Shown in pieces: positions 45,174-53,451 of a DNA stretch of 64,000 nucleotides. Both the position numbers and the translations under genes were made by a program. The notes under the pieces were generated by a model. It was not told the origin of the DNA and made no database searches. It saw only the letters and a program-made list of their open reading frames with translations. Each line of letters begins with the position of its first letter. Positions within the stretch are counted from its first letter, which is position 1. The DNA lies in NCBI GenBank assembly GCA_944386805.1, contig CALXCO010000008.1, forward strand, positions 2,649 to 66,648, read 5' to 3'. This stretch comes from an uncultured Clostridia bacterium. Lineage in GTDB: Bacteria; Bacillota; Clostridia; Oscillospirales; Ruminococcaceae.

Positions 45174-45644
45174 GTGCTCCCTGTTTGCCGATGTGATACC
45201 ACGCTCTGCATGCTCAGCAAACGAACGTCGCTTCACCGCTCGATTTTATATTGCACACGCTTCCCATCTGTTCACGCGAGCGCAGAGCGAGTCCCAAAGT
45301 TACGCACAATGTGGGCACGGTCATATCAAAAAAGTTCGGTCAAGCCTTTCAAGGCTTGCAGGTCCAGGACAGAGTACGGTTTGCTTTGCAAACCACACAG
45401 TTTCCAGAGGAAACTGTCCGGTTCCAACAGGGAACCGTGGTCGCACCTCCGCAGAAGGCGAAATTCCTTAAACGGAGTGCGCCCGGCACAGGGTGAATTT
45501 CCCGAACTGTCCGGTGGACAGTTCGGGAAAGAGGGGCATGCCCTGCAAGAGAGGGCTGCCCCTGACAATCTTCCGACAATTACCATCTCCCCCTTGCATT
45601 CCCTGCTTGCCAGGATTTGAACCACCGCAGATTTTAAAATCGAA

Positions 45645-46970
45645 TTATCGCGGCAGAATACCAAAGGTGTACCCTTTCTGGCGGGCTGTGTCGATAAAAT
45701 CGCCCAGAATTGCCGCGTTGGTCTTGGAAACGGCGTGCAGCAGGTAGATTGCGCCCGGATGCAGGGCAGAAGTCGTCTTTTGCAATGCAGTCGAGGTACT
45801 CATCTGTGCCGACGGGTCCCAGTCCTTATACGCAAAACTCCACAGCACCGTCTGGTACCCCATTCCCTGCGCCTGAGCAAGCACCTGCTCGGAAAATACA
45901 CCTTCCGGCGGACGCATCAGGTACATCGAATACCCGAACTTTTCCTCCACTGCGTCATGCAGGTCGCCGATCTCCTCGGCACGGCGGCTGATGCTGCACT
46001 GGGGCAGGTTGGGGTGCTTGACGGTATGGTTGCCAACGGTATGTCCCTCATTGATCATCCGGCCAACCAGATCGGGCTGGCTGTTCAGGTAATCGCCGGT
46101 GATAAAGAAGGTCGCCTGCACCCCTTTGGCTTTCAGAGTGTCGAGAATCGATGCGGTATAGCCGTTTTCATACCCTTCATCGAAGGTCAGGTAGATCACC
46201 TTTTCATTCGGTCCGACAAACTGTCCGCCGAGTGCGCCGTATTTTTCCTGATACGAAACGGCACTGATCGGTCGGTTATAGGAATCGACCTGAGTCCCCT
46301 GTCCCCAGCCGAGCGCCTTATTGGAAAGGGTGCTCAGGTCTTTGGAGGAAGCGACCGCACCGGAAGCGTCCAGTGTGTACACCGTCGAACCTTCGGTCAT
46401 CGCGCCGGTCTTCATTGCACCGGACGGCGTCAGATAATACCGCTTGCCGTTTACGTTCAGCCAGCCGGTCTGCATCGCGCCGCTTTCAGCAAAATAATAC
46501 CATTTTCCGCCGTTATAGACCCATCCGGTCTTCATTGCACCGCCGCCGAACAGATACCATTTCCCGCCGATCTTCTGCCAACCGTCCACCATGACGCCGT
46601 CGGCGTCCAGATAGTACCATTTTCCATCCACTTCCCGCCAGCCGTTCTGACGGATGCCGCTCTCGGAAAGCAAATACCATTTTCCGTCCAGCTGCTGCCA
46701 TCCGTTCAGCGGAATGCCGTTCCCGTCCAGCAGGATATACTGTCCATCCCGCTGTTCCCAGTGAGGAGCCGGCATCATCTGCCCATCCTCTGCCGAACTG
46801 GTGTTTTCATCCGGTTGCTGAGAAGAAGTTTGGTTTTCTTCCTCCGTCTGGAATGCCGGCTGTCCGATCACAACCGGGTTTGCAGGATCAGTTCCCGTCT
46901 CCGCAGCTGCTGCCGGAAACGGCAGCGCCAGTAAAAGTGCAGCGAAAAGTGCTGTCAGTCTTCGTTTCAT
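45645..46970 (-). CDS. Secreted polysaccharide deacetylase (NodB domain) with cell-wall-binding repeats
   Basis: 441 aa. Signal peptide, about six GW..DGKWYY-type repeats, then YLTFDEGYENG...GHTVGNHT NodB motifs. Confidence 0.9.
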   Translation of the reverse strand: MKRRLTALFAALLLALPFPAAAAETGTDPANPVVIGQPAFQTEEENQTSSQQPDENTSSAEDGQMMPAPHWEQRDGQYILLDGNGIPLNGWQQLDGKWYLLSESGIRQNGWREVDGKWYYLDADGVMVDGWQKIGGKWYLFGGGAMKTGWVYNGGKWYYFAESGAMQTGWLNVNGKRYYLTPSGAMKTGAMTEGSTVYTLDASGAVASSKDLSTLSNKALGWGQGTQVDSYNRPISAVSYQEKYGALGGQFVGPNEKVIYLTFDEGYENGYTASILDTLKAKGVQATFFITGDYLNSQPDLVGRMINEGHTVGNHTVKHPNLPQCSISRRAEEIGDLHDAVEEKFGYSMYLMRPPEGVFSEQVLAQAQGMGYQTVLWSFAYKDWDPSAQMSTSTALQKTTSALHPGAIYLLHAVSKTNAAILGDFIDTARQKGYTFGILPR

Positions 46971-47065
46971 ATCGTAAACCTCCCATCCAACGCGTCCGGG
47001 CTGCTAAGCAGTCCCGGACACTCAAGGTTTATTGGCCCATTCTTTCAGGGTTTCTCCCTGTCCTT

Positions 47066-47094
47066 ATTGTACCAATATTCACAGAAAAAGGCAA
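47066..47094 (-). promoter_or_regulatory. Promoter of the deacetylase gene
   Basis: TTGCCT-N17-TACAAT with an extended -10 TG. The leader carries hairpins at 47046-47060 and 46994-47019. Confidence 0.55.
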
Positions 47095-47259
47095 GGAACA
47101 GCCGGTTAATTTTGCACAGCATCTGCTGGATTCCTGTGCAAAAAGCAAAGAATAATGCCGTTTCAACGAAAAAAATTTTCCAAATATTCACATTTTTTCT
47201 GCAAAATCCCTTGACCTTGAGTCCACTCCATGTACTACAATAGATCATAGAAAGGAAAG

Positions 47260-47541
47260 GTGGTTATCGTGATACGAAAACATCTGCTGCTCAGCGGCAG
47301 CGTTCAGGGCGTCGGCCTCCGTTACCGGACCAAATATGCCGCTTCAATGCGTGGGCTGACCGGCTGGGTACGCAACCGTTCGGACGGTATGGTGGAAATG
47401 GAAGTGCAGGGTAAGGAGGAAGAAATCGACCTGCTGCTGCAAATCCTTCAACAGAACCGTTATATCGATACTACCGGTCTTTCCGCAAAAACTGTCCCGC
47501 TCCAGGACGATCATTATTTTGAGATTCTGGATGACGACTGA
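47260..47541 (+). CDS. acyP: Acylphosphatase
   Basis: About 90 aa. GSVQGVGLRYR...GWVRNRSDGMVEMEVQG motifs. GTG start (47260 or 47269) after GGAAAGGTGG. Confidence 0.85.
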   Translation: MVIVIRKHLLLSGSVQGVGLRYRTKYAASMRGLTGWVRNRSDGMVEMEVQGKEEEIDLLLQILQQNRYIDTTGLSAKTVPLQDDHYFEILDDD

Positions 47542-47597
47542 TGCGGGCACTGTTTATATTATTCATTTGTTTTTATAACTGAAAGGACGTATGAAAA

Positions 47598-48716
47598 ATG
47601 GCACTGGGCGAAAATATTCCAAAACTGGGCTTTGGACTGATGCGGCTGCCGATGATCGGCGAAGAGGTCGATATCGAACAGACCAAGGAAATGGTCGATC
47701 TGTTTATGAAGGCAGGTTTTACCTACTTTGACACCGCTTATGGCTACCTCGGCGGCAAGTCGGAAGAGGCTGTCAAAACTGCGCTGGTCGACCGTTACCC
47801 CAGAGACAGCTTCACCATTGCAACCAAACTTCCCGCATGGGCTGGCGCAAAAACGGCCGATGAGGCAAAAGAGATGTTCTTCACCTCTCTGCGCAGAACC
47901 GGCGCCGGATACTTTGACTTTTACCTGCTGCACAACCTCGGCGGCGAACGCACGGCAAAGTTCGATGAGTACGGTATCTGGGACTTCGTGCAGGAACAGA
48001 AGGCAAAGGGCCTGATTAAGCATATCGGCTTTTCGATGCACGACTCGGCTGAGGCTCTCGACAAGGTTCTGACCGCCCATCCTGAGGTCGAGTTTGTTCA
48101 GCTGCAAATCAACTACGCCGACTGGGATTCTCCTTCTGTCCAGTCGCGCCTCTGCTATGAGACTGCGCGCCATCACGGCAAACCAGTCGTCATCATGGAA
48201 CCGGTCAAGGGCGGCAACCTCGCAAACCTCCCCGAAAGTGTTGCGAAGGTCTTCAAGGCAGCAGAACCGGATTCCTCCCTCGCATCCTGGGCACTGCGGT
48301 ATGCAGCTTCTCTTGACGGACTGATTACAGTCCTGTCGGGTATGTCGACCGTTGACCAGATGAAGGACAACCTCGCCGTGATGAAAGGGTTCACCAAGCT
48401 GACCGATCAGCAGATGGCTGTCATCGAGGACGCAAAGAAAGCGCTTGCCGCTGTCCCGGCGATCCCCTGCACCAGCTGCGAATACTGTATGAAAGGATGT
48501 CCGCAGGGTATCCCGATCCCCCATATCTTCACCGCAGTCAACACCTATAAAATCTACAACAACCTCGCCGGCGCCAAAGGCAGTTATGGCTTTGCAACCC
48601 GTGACAAGGCCAAGGCCAGCGACTGCATCGCCTGCGGACAGTGCGAAGCAGTCTGTCCGCAGCACATCAGCGTCATTGACGAGCTGAAAGCGGCGGCTGA
48701 ATTGCTGGAAGGATAA
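47598..48716 (+). CDS. Aldo/keto reductase with C-terminal 2x[4Fe-4S] ferredoxin domain
   Basis: 372 aa. FDTAYGY AKR core, then CTSCEYCMKGCP and CIACGQCEAVCP. Confidence 0.9.
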   Translation: MALGENIPKLGFGLMRLPMIGEEVDIEQTKEMVDLFMKAGFTYFDTAYGYLGGKSEEAVKTALVDRYPRDSFTIATKLPAWAGAKTADEAKEMFFTSLRRTGAGYFDFYLLHNLGGERTAKFDEYGIWDFVQEQKAKGLIKHIGFSMHDSAEALDKVLTAHPEVEFVQLQINYADWDSPSVQSRLCYETARHHGKPVVIMEPVKGGNLANLPESVAKVFKAAEPDSSLASWALRYAASLDGLITVLSGMSTVDQMKDNLAVMKGFTKLTDQQMAVIEDAKKALAAVPAIPCTSCEYCMKGCPQGIPIPHIFTAVNTYKIYNNLAGAKGSYGFATRDKAKASDCIACGQCEAVCPQHISVIDELKAAAELLEG

Positions 48717-48737
48717 AACGTAAATTACATAAACGAT

Positions 48738-48778
48738 CAAAAACGCCTCTCTTCCGTCTGGAAAAGGGGCGTTTTTCA
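48738..48778. terminator. Bidirectional terminator
   Basis: AAACGCCTCT-loop-AGGGGCGTTT, with A- and T-runs on both sides. Confidence 0.75.
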
Positions 48779-48785
48779 TTGATAT

Positions 48786-49451
48786 TCAGGTGGATTGGGC
48801 GATCTGTTTCAGCCTGTCCGGGCACAGTACCCGGATGTGTCCGTTTTCCCGAATCAGAATACCTTCCCGGTAAAACTGCGAGATCAGCCGCATCAGCTGC
48901 CGGTAGCTGCACCCAAGGTAATTGGCGGCATCGGTATACCGGCCGGTAAAGACGCCGTCGTTGGAGGCGTCCAGCAGGTAACAGGCCAATCGGCGCACCA
49001 GCGGCTGGAAAACCATATGGGTCGCATTCTCCGAAGCCTGCTCCATCTTTCCGAGCAGGACCATCGCAAGATACCTGTACAGCGCAATGTCCGTCTCCAT
49101 CAGCACCCGGTCAAACGGCACCAACAGTAAAATCGATTCACCGGCCGCCTCGGCATGGTTGGGAGAGGGACTGCCGGTCAGGTACTCGACGTCCCCCAGC
49201 AATACCTCGTCCTCCTGCTGGCAAAGGGTCAGCAGCCGGACCCGGCCATCCGTCCCCAGCGTATACACCCGGATGCTGCCTTGCAGCAGGAAATAAAAGC
49301 CAGGCATTTCCGTTCCTGCAATCAGAATCTGTTCGCCGGCCTGACAGCGCAAATACCGCCGGGAATACTGCTCCCAATGGGTAAAATGGCCGGGGATTCC
49401 TCTCCTTTCGACCTCTGCACGCAGACGCCGGGTTTCTGGGATTATTCGCAC
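48786..49451 (-). CDS. Crp/Fnr family transcriptional regulator
   Basis: 221 aa. cNMP-binding-like N-terminus and C-terminal HTH (AANYLGCSYRQLMRLISQF). GTG start lies inside the last codons of the upstream peptidase gene. Confidence 0.8.
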   Translation of the reverse strand: MRIIPETRRLRAEVERRGIPGHFTHWEQYSRRYLRCQAGEQILIAGTEMPGFYFLLQGSIRVYTLGTDGRVRLLTLCQQEDEVLLGDVEYLTGSPSPNHAEAAGESILLLVPFDRVLMETDIALYRYLAMVLLGKMEQASENATHMVFQPLVRRLACYLLDASNDGVFTGRYTDAANYLGCSYRQLMRLISQFYREGILIRENGHIRVLCPDRLKQIAQST

Positions 49452-51433
49452 CGCTTCAGATACTGGTCAAACCACTGGGTGATCTCACGCAGGCGGCGTA
49501 CACGATGTTTCGGTTTGCCGGAGCGGGACAGCTCGTGGTTCTCGCCATGGAACAGGCACATCCGTGCCGGTACGCCGTGCATCAGCAATGCCTGGAGCAT
49601 CTGGACCGCGTCACCCATCCAGCAGCGGTAATCCTCGTCCGACTGGATAAACAGCGTCGGGGTCTTGGCACGGTTCGCATAAGCAAGGGGCGAATGCGCC
49701 CACATCTTCTCAGGACTTGTCCAGGGGTCTGCCTGAATCGCAGAAAGGTTGTGATAATAGCCGATATCGGTGGTCAGGCATTTGCTGATGTAGTTTGCAA
49801 TGCTGCGCTGGGAAGCGACCGCTGCAAACCGGTCGGTGTGGCCGATAATCCAGTTGGCCATGAATCCGCCGTAGCTGCCGCCGGTCATACCGATGCGGGA
49901 CGGGTCAATCTGCGGAACACGCTCCAGTACCTGGTCGGTGAATTCCATCAGGTCGTTATAGTCCCGTACACCGTAGTTGTCGCCGTAGATGTCGGCAAAT
50001 CCGCCGCCCTTGCCGGAAGAACCGCGCGGGTTGCAGAAGAAGACGATGTAGCCAAGCCCAGCCCAGTACTGCATCTCATGGAAGAAACCTTCGCCATATG
50101 CCGTCTGAGGACCGCCGTGTACATCCAGAATGCCGGGGTATTTACGGTTCTTGTCAAAGTCAGCCGGGTAGAGCACCCATCCGTCGATCTCCACGCCGTC
50201 CGAATCGGTAAAGGTGAAGTGCTCGGTATGAGCGATTTCGTGGCTGGCAAGGTATTCTGCATTAAAGGACGACAGCTTTTTCAGCGCGCCATTTTCCACA
50301 CAGTAAAACTCCTGCGGTGCATCCTTCTCCATGCCGATCAGGTAAATCGGGTCGGTTCCCTGTGCACAGCTGACGATGTTGATCTGGTCGGCCAGTGTTT
50401 CGATCTCGCCATCCAGTTTCAGGCGGCTGTAAACCGAATGGTAACCGACGGTCTGTACAAAGGTGACGCCCTTGTCGTCTCCGCAGAAGCTGTCGCCGCC
50501 GCCTGCGATGTCGCTGCCGACTCCGCCAAGGCTGGGATCGGGTGCTGCAAGCAGGGTAAAGCTGCCGTCATCGGCACAGCGATAAAAGGCAGGGTTTTCA
50601 CTGCTGCCGTATTTTTCGCCGGTTGTCGCGGCGAAAATGATCTCTTTGCCGGCAAAGACTGCGCCGTCGACACGGTATCTGCCGCCCAGCTGCACTTCCT
50701 CCATCTTTCCGGTCTTCAGGTCATAGAGGAACATCCGGGATTTCTGTTTGTTCAGGGTCGTAAACTCAATTCCCCACAGCACCGCACGGTCTTTTTCCTG
50801 ATTGACCGAAAATCCGTGCAGGTCAAAATACTCCGCGGTCAGCAGCTGTTTTTCGCCGGTCTTCGGGCAGACCAGATACAGGCCACGGCGTTTTTTGTTG
50901 ATGACGCCGCGTCCGTTGAACCAGAATGGCAGTTCGTCGAAAACTTCATAGTCCTTTTCTTCTTCCAGCATTTTGACCGCTTTCGCCTTTTCTTCACCAG
51001 AAAGGCCGGACAGGTCGGGAATGGACAGGTCGCGCATACCGCCGACCAGATATCTGTCCTCGCCGACCGGCGTCAGACCGGTCGCGGCAAACGGCAGCAC
51101 AAAATATTCCTCTGCTTCACCACCGCCCAGTGAAATCCGGTTATAAACGGTGTACTGGACACCTTCGGACGGTTTATGACGGCCGTGACGGTCTGCCGGG
51201 AACAGGATCGTGTCTTCGTCCAGAAAACAGGGTGCTTTTCCGTCCTCGCCGGTCGTCAGACGGAACAGTGCCGGGGTATGACCGGGGTCATATGCCCAGA
51301 TATCCGTCCGGTAGGCGTTGTCCTCAACGCTGCCGACCGTAACGGTAAAGGCCGCCTTTTTGCCGGACGGCGACAATGTCAGCCCGCCCAGCTTCTTGAC
51401 ATTGGCAAAATCTTCAATCGCTACTTTCATCAT
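49442..51433 (-). CDS. S9 family (prolyl oligopeptidase/acylaminoacyl-peptidase-like) serine peptidase
   Basis: 663 aa. Beta-propeller N-terminus and GGSYGG nucleophile elbow. Confidence 0.9.
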   Translation of the reverse strand: MMKVAIEDFANVKKLGGLTLSPSGKKAAFTVTVGSVEDNAYRTDIWAYDPGHTPALFRLTTGEDGKAPCFLDEDTILFPADRHGRHKPSEGVQYTVYNRISLGGGEAEEYFVLPFAATGLTPVGEDRYLVGGMRDLSIPDLSGLSGEEKAKAVKMLEEEKDYEVFDELPFWFNGRGVINKKRRGLYLVCPKTGEKQLLTAEYFDLHGFSVNQEKDRAVLWGIEFTTLNKQKSRMFLYDLKTGKMEEVQLGGRYRVDGAVFAGKEIIFAATTGEKYGSSENPAFYRCADDGSFTLLAAPDPSLGGVGSDIAGGGDSFCGDDKGVTFVQTVGYHSVYSRLKLDGEIETLADQINIVSCAQGTDPIYLIGMEKDAPQEFYCVENGALKKLSSFNAEYLASHEIAHTEHFTFTDSDGVEIDGWVLYPADFDKNRKYPGILDVHGGPQTAYGEGFFHEMQYWAGLGYIVFFCNPRGSSGKGGGFADIYGDNYGVRDYNDLMEFTDQVLERVPQIDPSRIGMTGGSYGGFMANWIIGHTDRFAAVASQRSIANYISKCLTTDIGYYHNLSAIQADPWTSPEKMWAHSPLAYANRAKTPTLFIQSDEDYRCWMGDAVQMLQALLMHGVPARMCLFHGENHELSRSGKPKHRVRRLREITQWFDQYLKRCE

Positions 51434-51450
51434 TTCTCTATCCCCTTCAT

Positions 51451-52065
51451 TTATTGTTGTGAAAGCCGGTCACGGATCTTGGTCACAACCAGATCGAGTG
51501 CGACCGGATTCATTCCTCCATTGATGACAAAGTCCGCCTTTGCCCGCGATGGCTCGACAAACATATAGTGCATCGGCTTGACGGTGGTCAGGTACTGCTG
51601 GACGATGCTTTCAATATTTCTGCCGCGCTCTTTCAAATCCCGCATGACACGGCGGAGAATCCGTTCATCGGCATCCGTTTCGACGTAGATCTTGATGTCA
51701 AACAGGTCCCGCAGACGTTTGTCCGCCAGCACAAGGATTCCTTCTACAATAATGATATTGCGCGGTTCGATTCGGATGGTCTTGTCCGACCGGTTATGTA
51801 CCGTAAAATCATAAACCGGAGACTGCACCGCGACCCCTGAACGCAGTTTAATCAGGTGTTCGACCAGCAGTTCGGTTTCCAGCGAGTCGGGATGGTCATA
51901 ATTGATCTTGCTGCGCTGTTCAACCGGGACACCGTCGTTGCTGCGGTAGTAGTTATCGTGGTATACGACCGCGATGTCGTCCCCGAAGATCTCCCGCAGC
52001 CGTCCGGTAAAGGTGGATTTGCCCGAACCGGTTCCGCCGGCTATCCCGATCATCAGTGGTTTCAT
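51451..52065 (-). CDS. udk: Uridine kinase
   Basis: 204 aa. IGIAGGTGSGKST P-loop and DHPDSLE pattern. Confidence 0.92.
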   Translation of the reverse strand: MKPLMIGIAGGTGSGKSTFTGRLREIFGDDIAVVYHDNYYRSNDGVPVEQRSKINYDHPDSLETELLVEHLIKLRSGVAVQSPVYDFTVHNRSDKTIRIEPRNIIIVEGILVLADKRLRDLFDIKIYVETDADERILRRVMRDLKERGRNIESIVQQYLTTVKPMHYMFVEPSRAKADFVINGGMNPVALDLVVTKIRDRLSQQ

Positions 52066-52313
52066 CTGGCATACACTTCCTTCCGTTGTCTATTGATCTT
52101 GTACCGTTCACAGCTGTACTGTACAAAACACCAACTCAATAATAGTCTATCGCGTTTAGGGCAAAATTGCAAGAAAAAGATTAGGCATATCCCATCCTGT
52201 CCAAAATTTTTTTGCGGCAGCGCTGCCCTTAACATTTCCCAAACACAACTTCAGCAATTGCCAAACAAATCTGCCCTATAATCAGACCATCAACCACAGA
52301 AAGGAGTCCATGT

Positions 52314-52418
52314 ATGAAAAAGGCCCTGTTCGCTGCCGGTCTGGCGGCAGCAATTCTGACCGGCGGCATCGTCATCTGGCAGTTGGCAGCTAAGCGGCAC
52401 TGCTGCAAATCATTTTAA
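52314..52418 (+). CDS. Small single-TM peptide (34 aa)
   Basis: Not in the ORF track (below its size cutoff). ATG 7 nt after AAAGGAG. MKKALFAAGLAAAILTGGIVIWQLAAKRHCCKSF. Confidence 0.45.
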   Translation: MKKALFAAGLAAAILTGGIVIWQLAAKRHCCKSF

Positions 52419-52456
52419 TCCGTACCTGATTCGATACAAAACGGGAGGTTTTTGAT

Positions 52457-52795
52457 ATGAAAGAATACAAGCTCAAACCCGGCAAAATCGGTGACAAACT
52501 GATTGAGACCTATCAAAAAGTGGAGGACAAATTTGTGGACACCTTTCTCGAAGATGACGGCTCGCTGAAAACCGGCGGCATTGACCGCAAGGTCACCGAC
52601 GCATATAAACGGGTGGAGGATACCGTCGTCGACGGCTATAAAAAAGTCGAAGATACCGTCGTCGGCGGCTACAAAAAGGTCGAAGATGCTGTCGTCGGCG
52701 GCTATAAAAAAATCGAAGACGCATTTACCGACGCCTTCCTCGAAGAAAAAGACAGCAAGTCTTCCGATGAAAACACACCGTCCAAGCATCGGTAA
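52457..52795 (+). CDS. Hypothetical protein built from 11-residue repeats (xxYKKVEDxVV)
   Basis: 112 aa. RBS GGGAGG. Four tandem 11-mers plus one or two degenerate copies. Confidence 0.8.
   Translation: MKEYKLKPGKIGDKLIETYQKVEDKFVDTFLEDDGSLKTGGIDRKVTDAYKRVEDTVVDGYKKVEDTVVGGYKKVEDAVVGGYKKIEDAFTDAFLEEKDSKSSDENTPSKHR
52598..52729 (+). repeat. 4 x 33-bp in-frame tandem repeat
   Basis: Units at 52598-52630, 52631-52663, 52664-52696 and 52697-52729, encoding DAYKRVEDTVV / DGYKKVEDTVV / GGYKKVEDAVV / GGYKKIEDAFT. Confidence 0.9.
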
Positions 52796-52838
52796 CCACC
52801 CCCCAAAAAATTGACAGACTTCTGAGGAGATATTTGAC

Positions 52839-53207
52839 ATGAAGAAAAAGAATTTTATTACGCTGATGATGAGCACAGTCGGCGGTATCCTGTTTGCACT
52901 CGGCATCTGTATGGCACTGCTGCCCGAATGGGGTGTGATGACCGAAGGGATTGCCTTCGGCTGCATCGGCGCCATGATTTTGCTGGCAATGGTTCTGGTA
53001 CGCCGCAAAATGGACGGTAAACCGGCTATCCTGCTCAACGGCAGAACCATCGGGATTGGACTGCTCGGCATCATCGGTACAATCGTGCTGGGAGTCGGAA
53101 TGTGCATGGTGATGGTCTGGGAGATGCTGGTGTATGGGATTCTGGTCGGCATTATAGGGATTGTGCTGCTGATCTGCCTGGTTCCCGCCGTCAAAGGCGT
53201 CAAATGA
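52839..53207 (+). CDS. Small 4-TM membrane protein, unknown function
   Basis: 122 aa. RBS GAGGAG. Hydrophobic G/I/L/V-rich segments. Confidence 0.8.
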   Translation: MKKKNFITLMMSTVGGILFALGICMALLPEWGVMTEGIAFGCIGAMILLAMVLVRRKMDGKPAILLNGRTIGIGLLGIIGTIVLGVGMCMVMVWEMLVYGILVGIIGIVLLICLVPAVKGVK

Positions 53208-53225
53208 CCGCCTGCCGGTATAAAC

Positions 53226-53258
53226 TGCGCCCGCCTGTTTTGACAGCAGACGGGCGCA
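53226..53258 (+). terminator. Terminator-like hairpin after the membrane protein gene
   Basis: TGCGCCCG...CGGGCGCA stem. The U-tail is weak. Confidence 0.5.
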
Positions 53259-53270
53259 ACTTCTGTCCAA

Positions 53271-53313
53271 AACAAAAAGGCTCCCAGAACGGTATACAAC
53301 CATTCTGAAAGCC
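53271..53313 (-). terminator. Terminator after tRNA-Leu
   Basis: GGCTTTCAGAA-loop-TTCTGGGAGCC plus TTTTTGTTTT. Two positions pair (G-U) only in the minus-strand RNA. Confidence 0.75.
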
Positions 53314-53320
53314 TGAACTA

Positions 53321-53407
53321 TGGTGCCGCCAACCGGAATCGAACCGGTACAGTGTTGCCACCGAGGGATTTTAAGTCCCTTGCGTCTGCCAGTTCCGCCA
53401 TGGCGGC
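53321..53407 (-). tRNA. tRNA-Leu (anticodon UAA)
   Basis: Hand-folded cloverleaf: acceptor GCCGCCA/TGGCGGC, anticodon loop CTTAAAA, long variable arm, T-arm ACCGG-TTCGATT-CCGGT, encoded CCA. Confidence 0.93.
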
Positions 53408-53422
53408 AGATAATTCTTATGT

Positions 53423-53451
53423 ATTATAACAAATGGCACGGTATTTGTCAA
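53423..53451 (-). promoter_or_regulatory. Perfect-consensus promoter of tRNA-Leu
   Basis: TTGACA-N17-TATAAT on the minus strand, 15 nt upstream of the tRNA 5' end. Confidence 0.75.

Larger units (their letters stand above)
45133..45640. ncRNA. Candidate large structured non-coding RNA or RNA cluster, class unassigned, strand unresolved
   Basis: No plausible ORF. Eight strong hairpins (45133-51, 45341-58, 45378-94, 45398-416, 45419-37, 45443-80, 45498-530 with 15 perfect bp, 45532-63). Repeated complementary motifs AACTGTCCGGT and GGACAG. A separate promoter for the downstream operon lies after the block. Confidence 0.35.

Noticed and set aside
45152-45300. Cobalamin riboswitch-like pieces on the minus strand (GGGAAG, GGTGAAG, GGCACTGTG).
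   Set aside because: The spacing between these elements is several-fold too long, and the B12-box (GCCACUG context) is not matched.
45174-45340. T-box leader (Leu) for the LeuCD-like operon on the minus strand.
   Set aside because: The best candidate, GCGTGGTATCAC, matches only about 9 of 13 positions of GGGUGGUACCGCG. No complementary antiterminator strand is present. A separate promoter lies between this region and the operon.
45407-45421. RNase P P4-like sequence GAGGAAACTGTCCGG.
   Set aside because: The near-invariant motif is GAGGAAAGUCC. Here two extra nucleotides interrupt it, and the partner strand (ACAGAA..CGGCUUA) is absent.
45613-45623. tRNA/tmRNA-like T-loop GGTTCAAATCC on the minus strand.
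   Set aside because: The flanking bases do not form a T-stem (GGTGG versus CCTGG). There is no acceptor stem or CCA, and no tmRNA tag ORF.
45900-46700. Repetitive DNA in the three cell-wall-binding genes (also 57780-58080 and 61780-62230), considered as possible CRISPR or mobile repeats.
   Set aside because: The repeats are in-frame ~60-nt coding units for GW..YY wall-binding modules. There are no unique spacers, no cas genes and no terminal inverted repeats.
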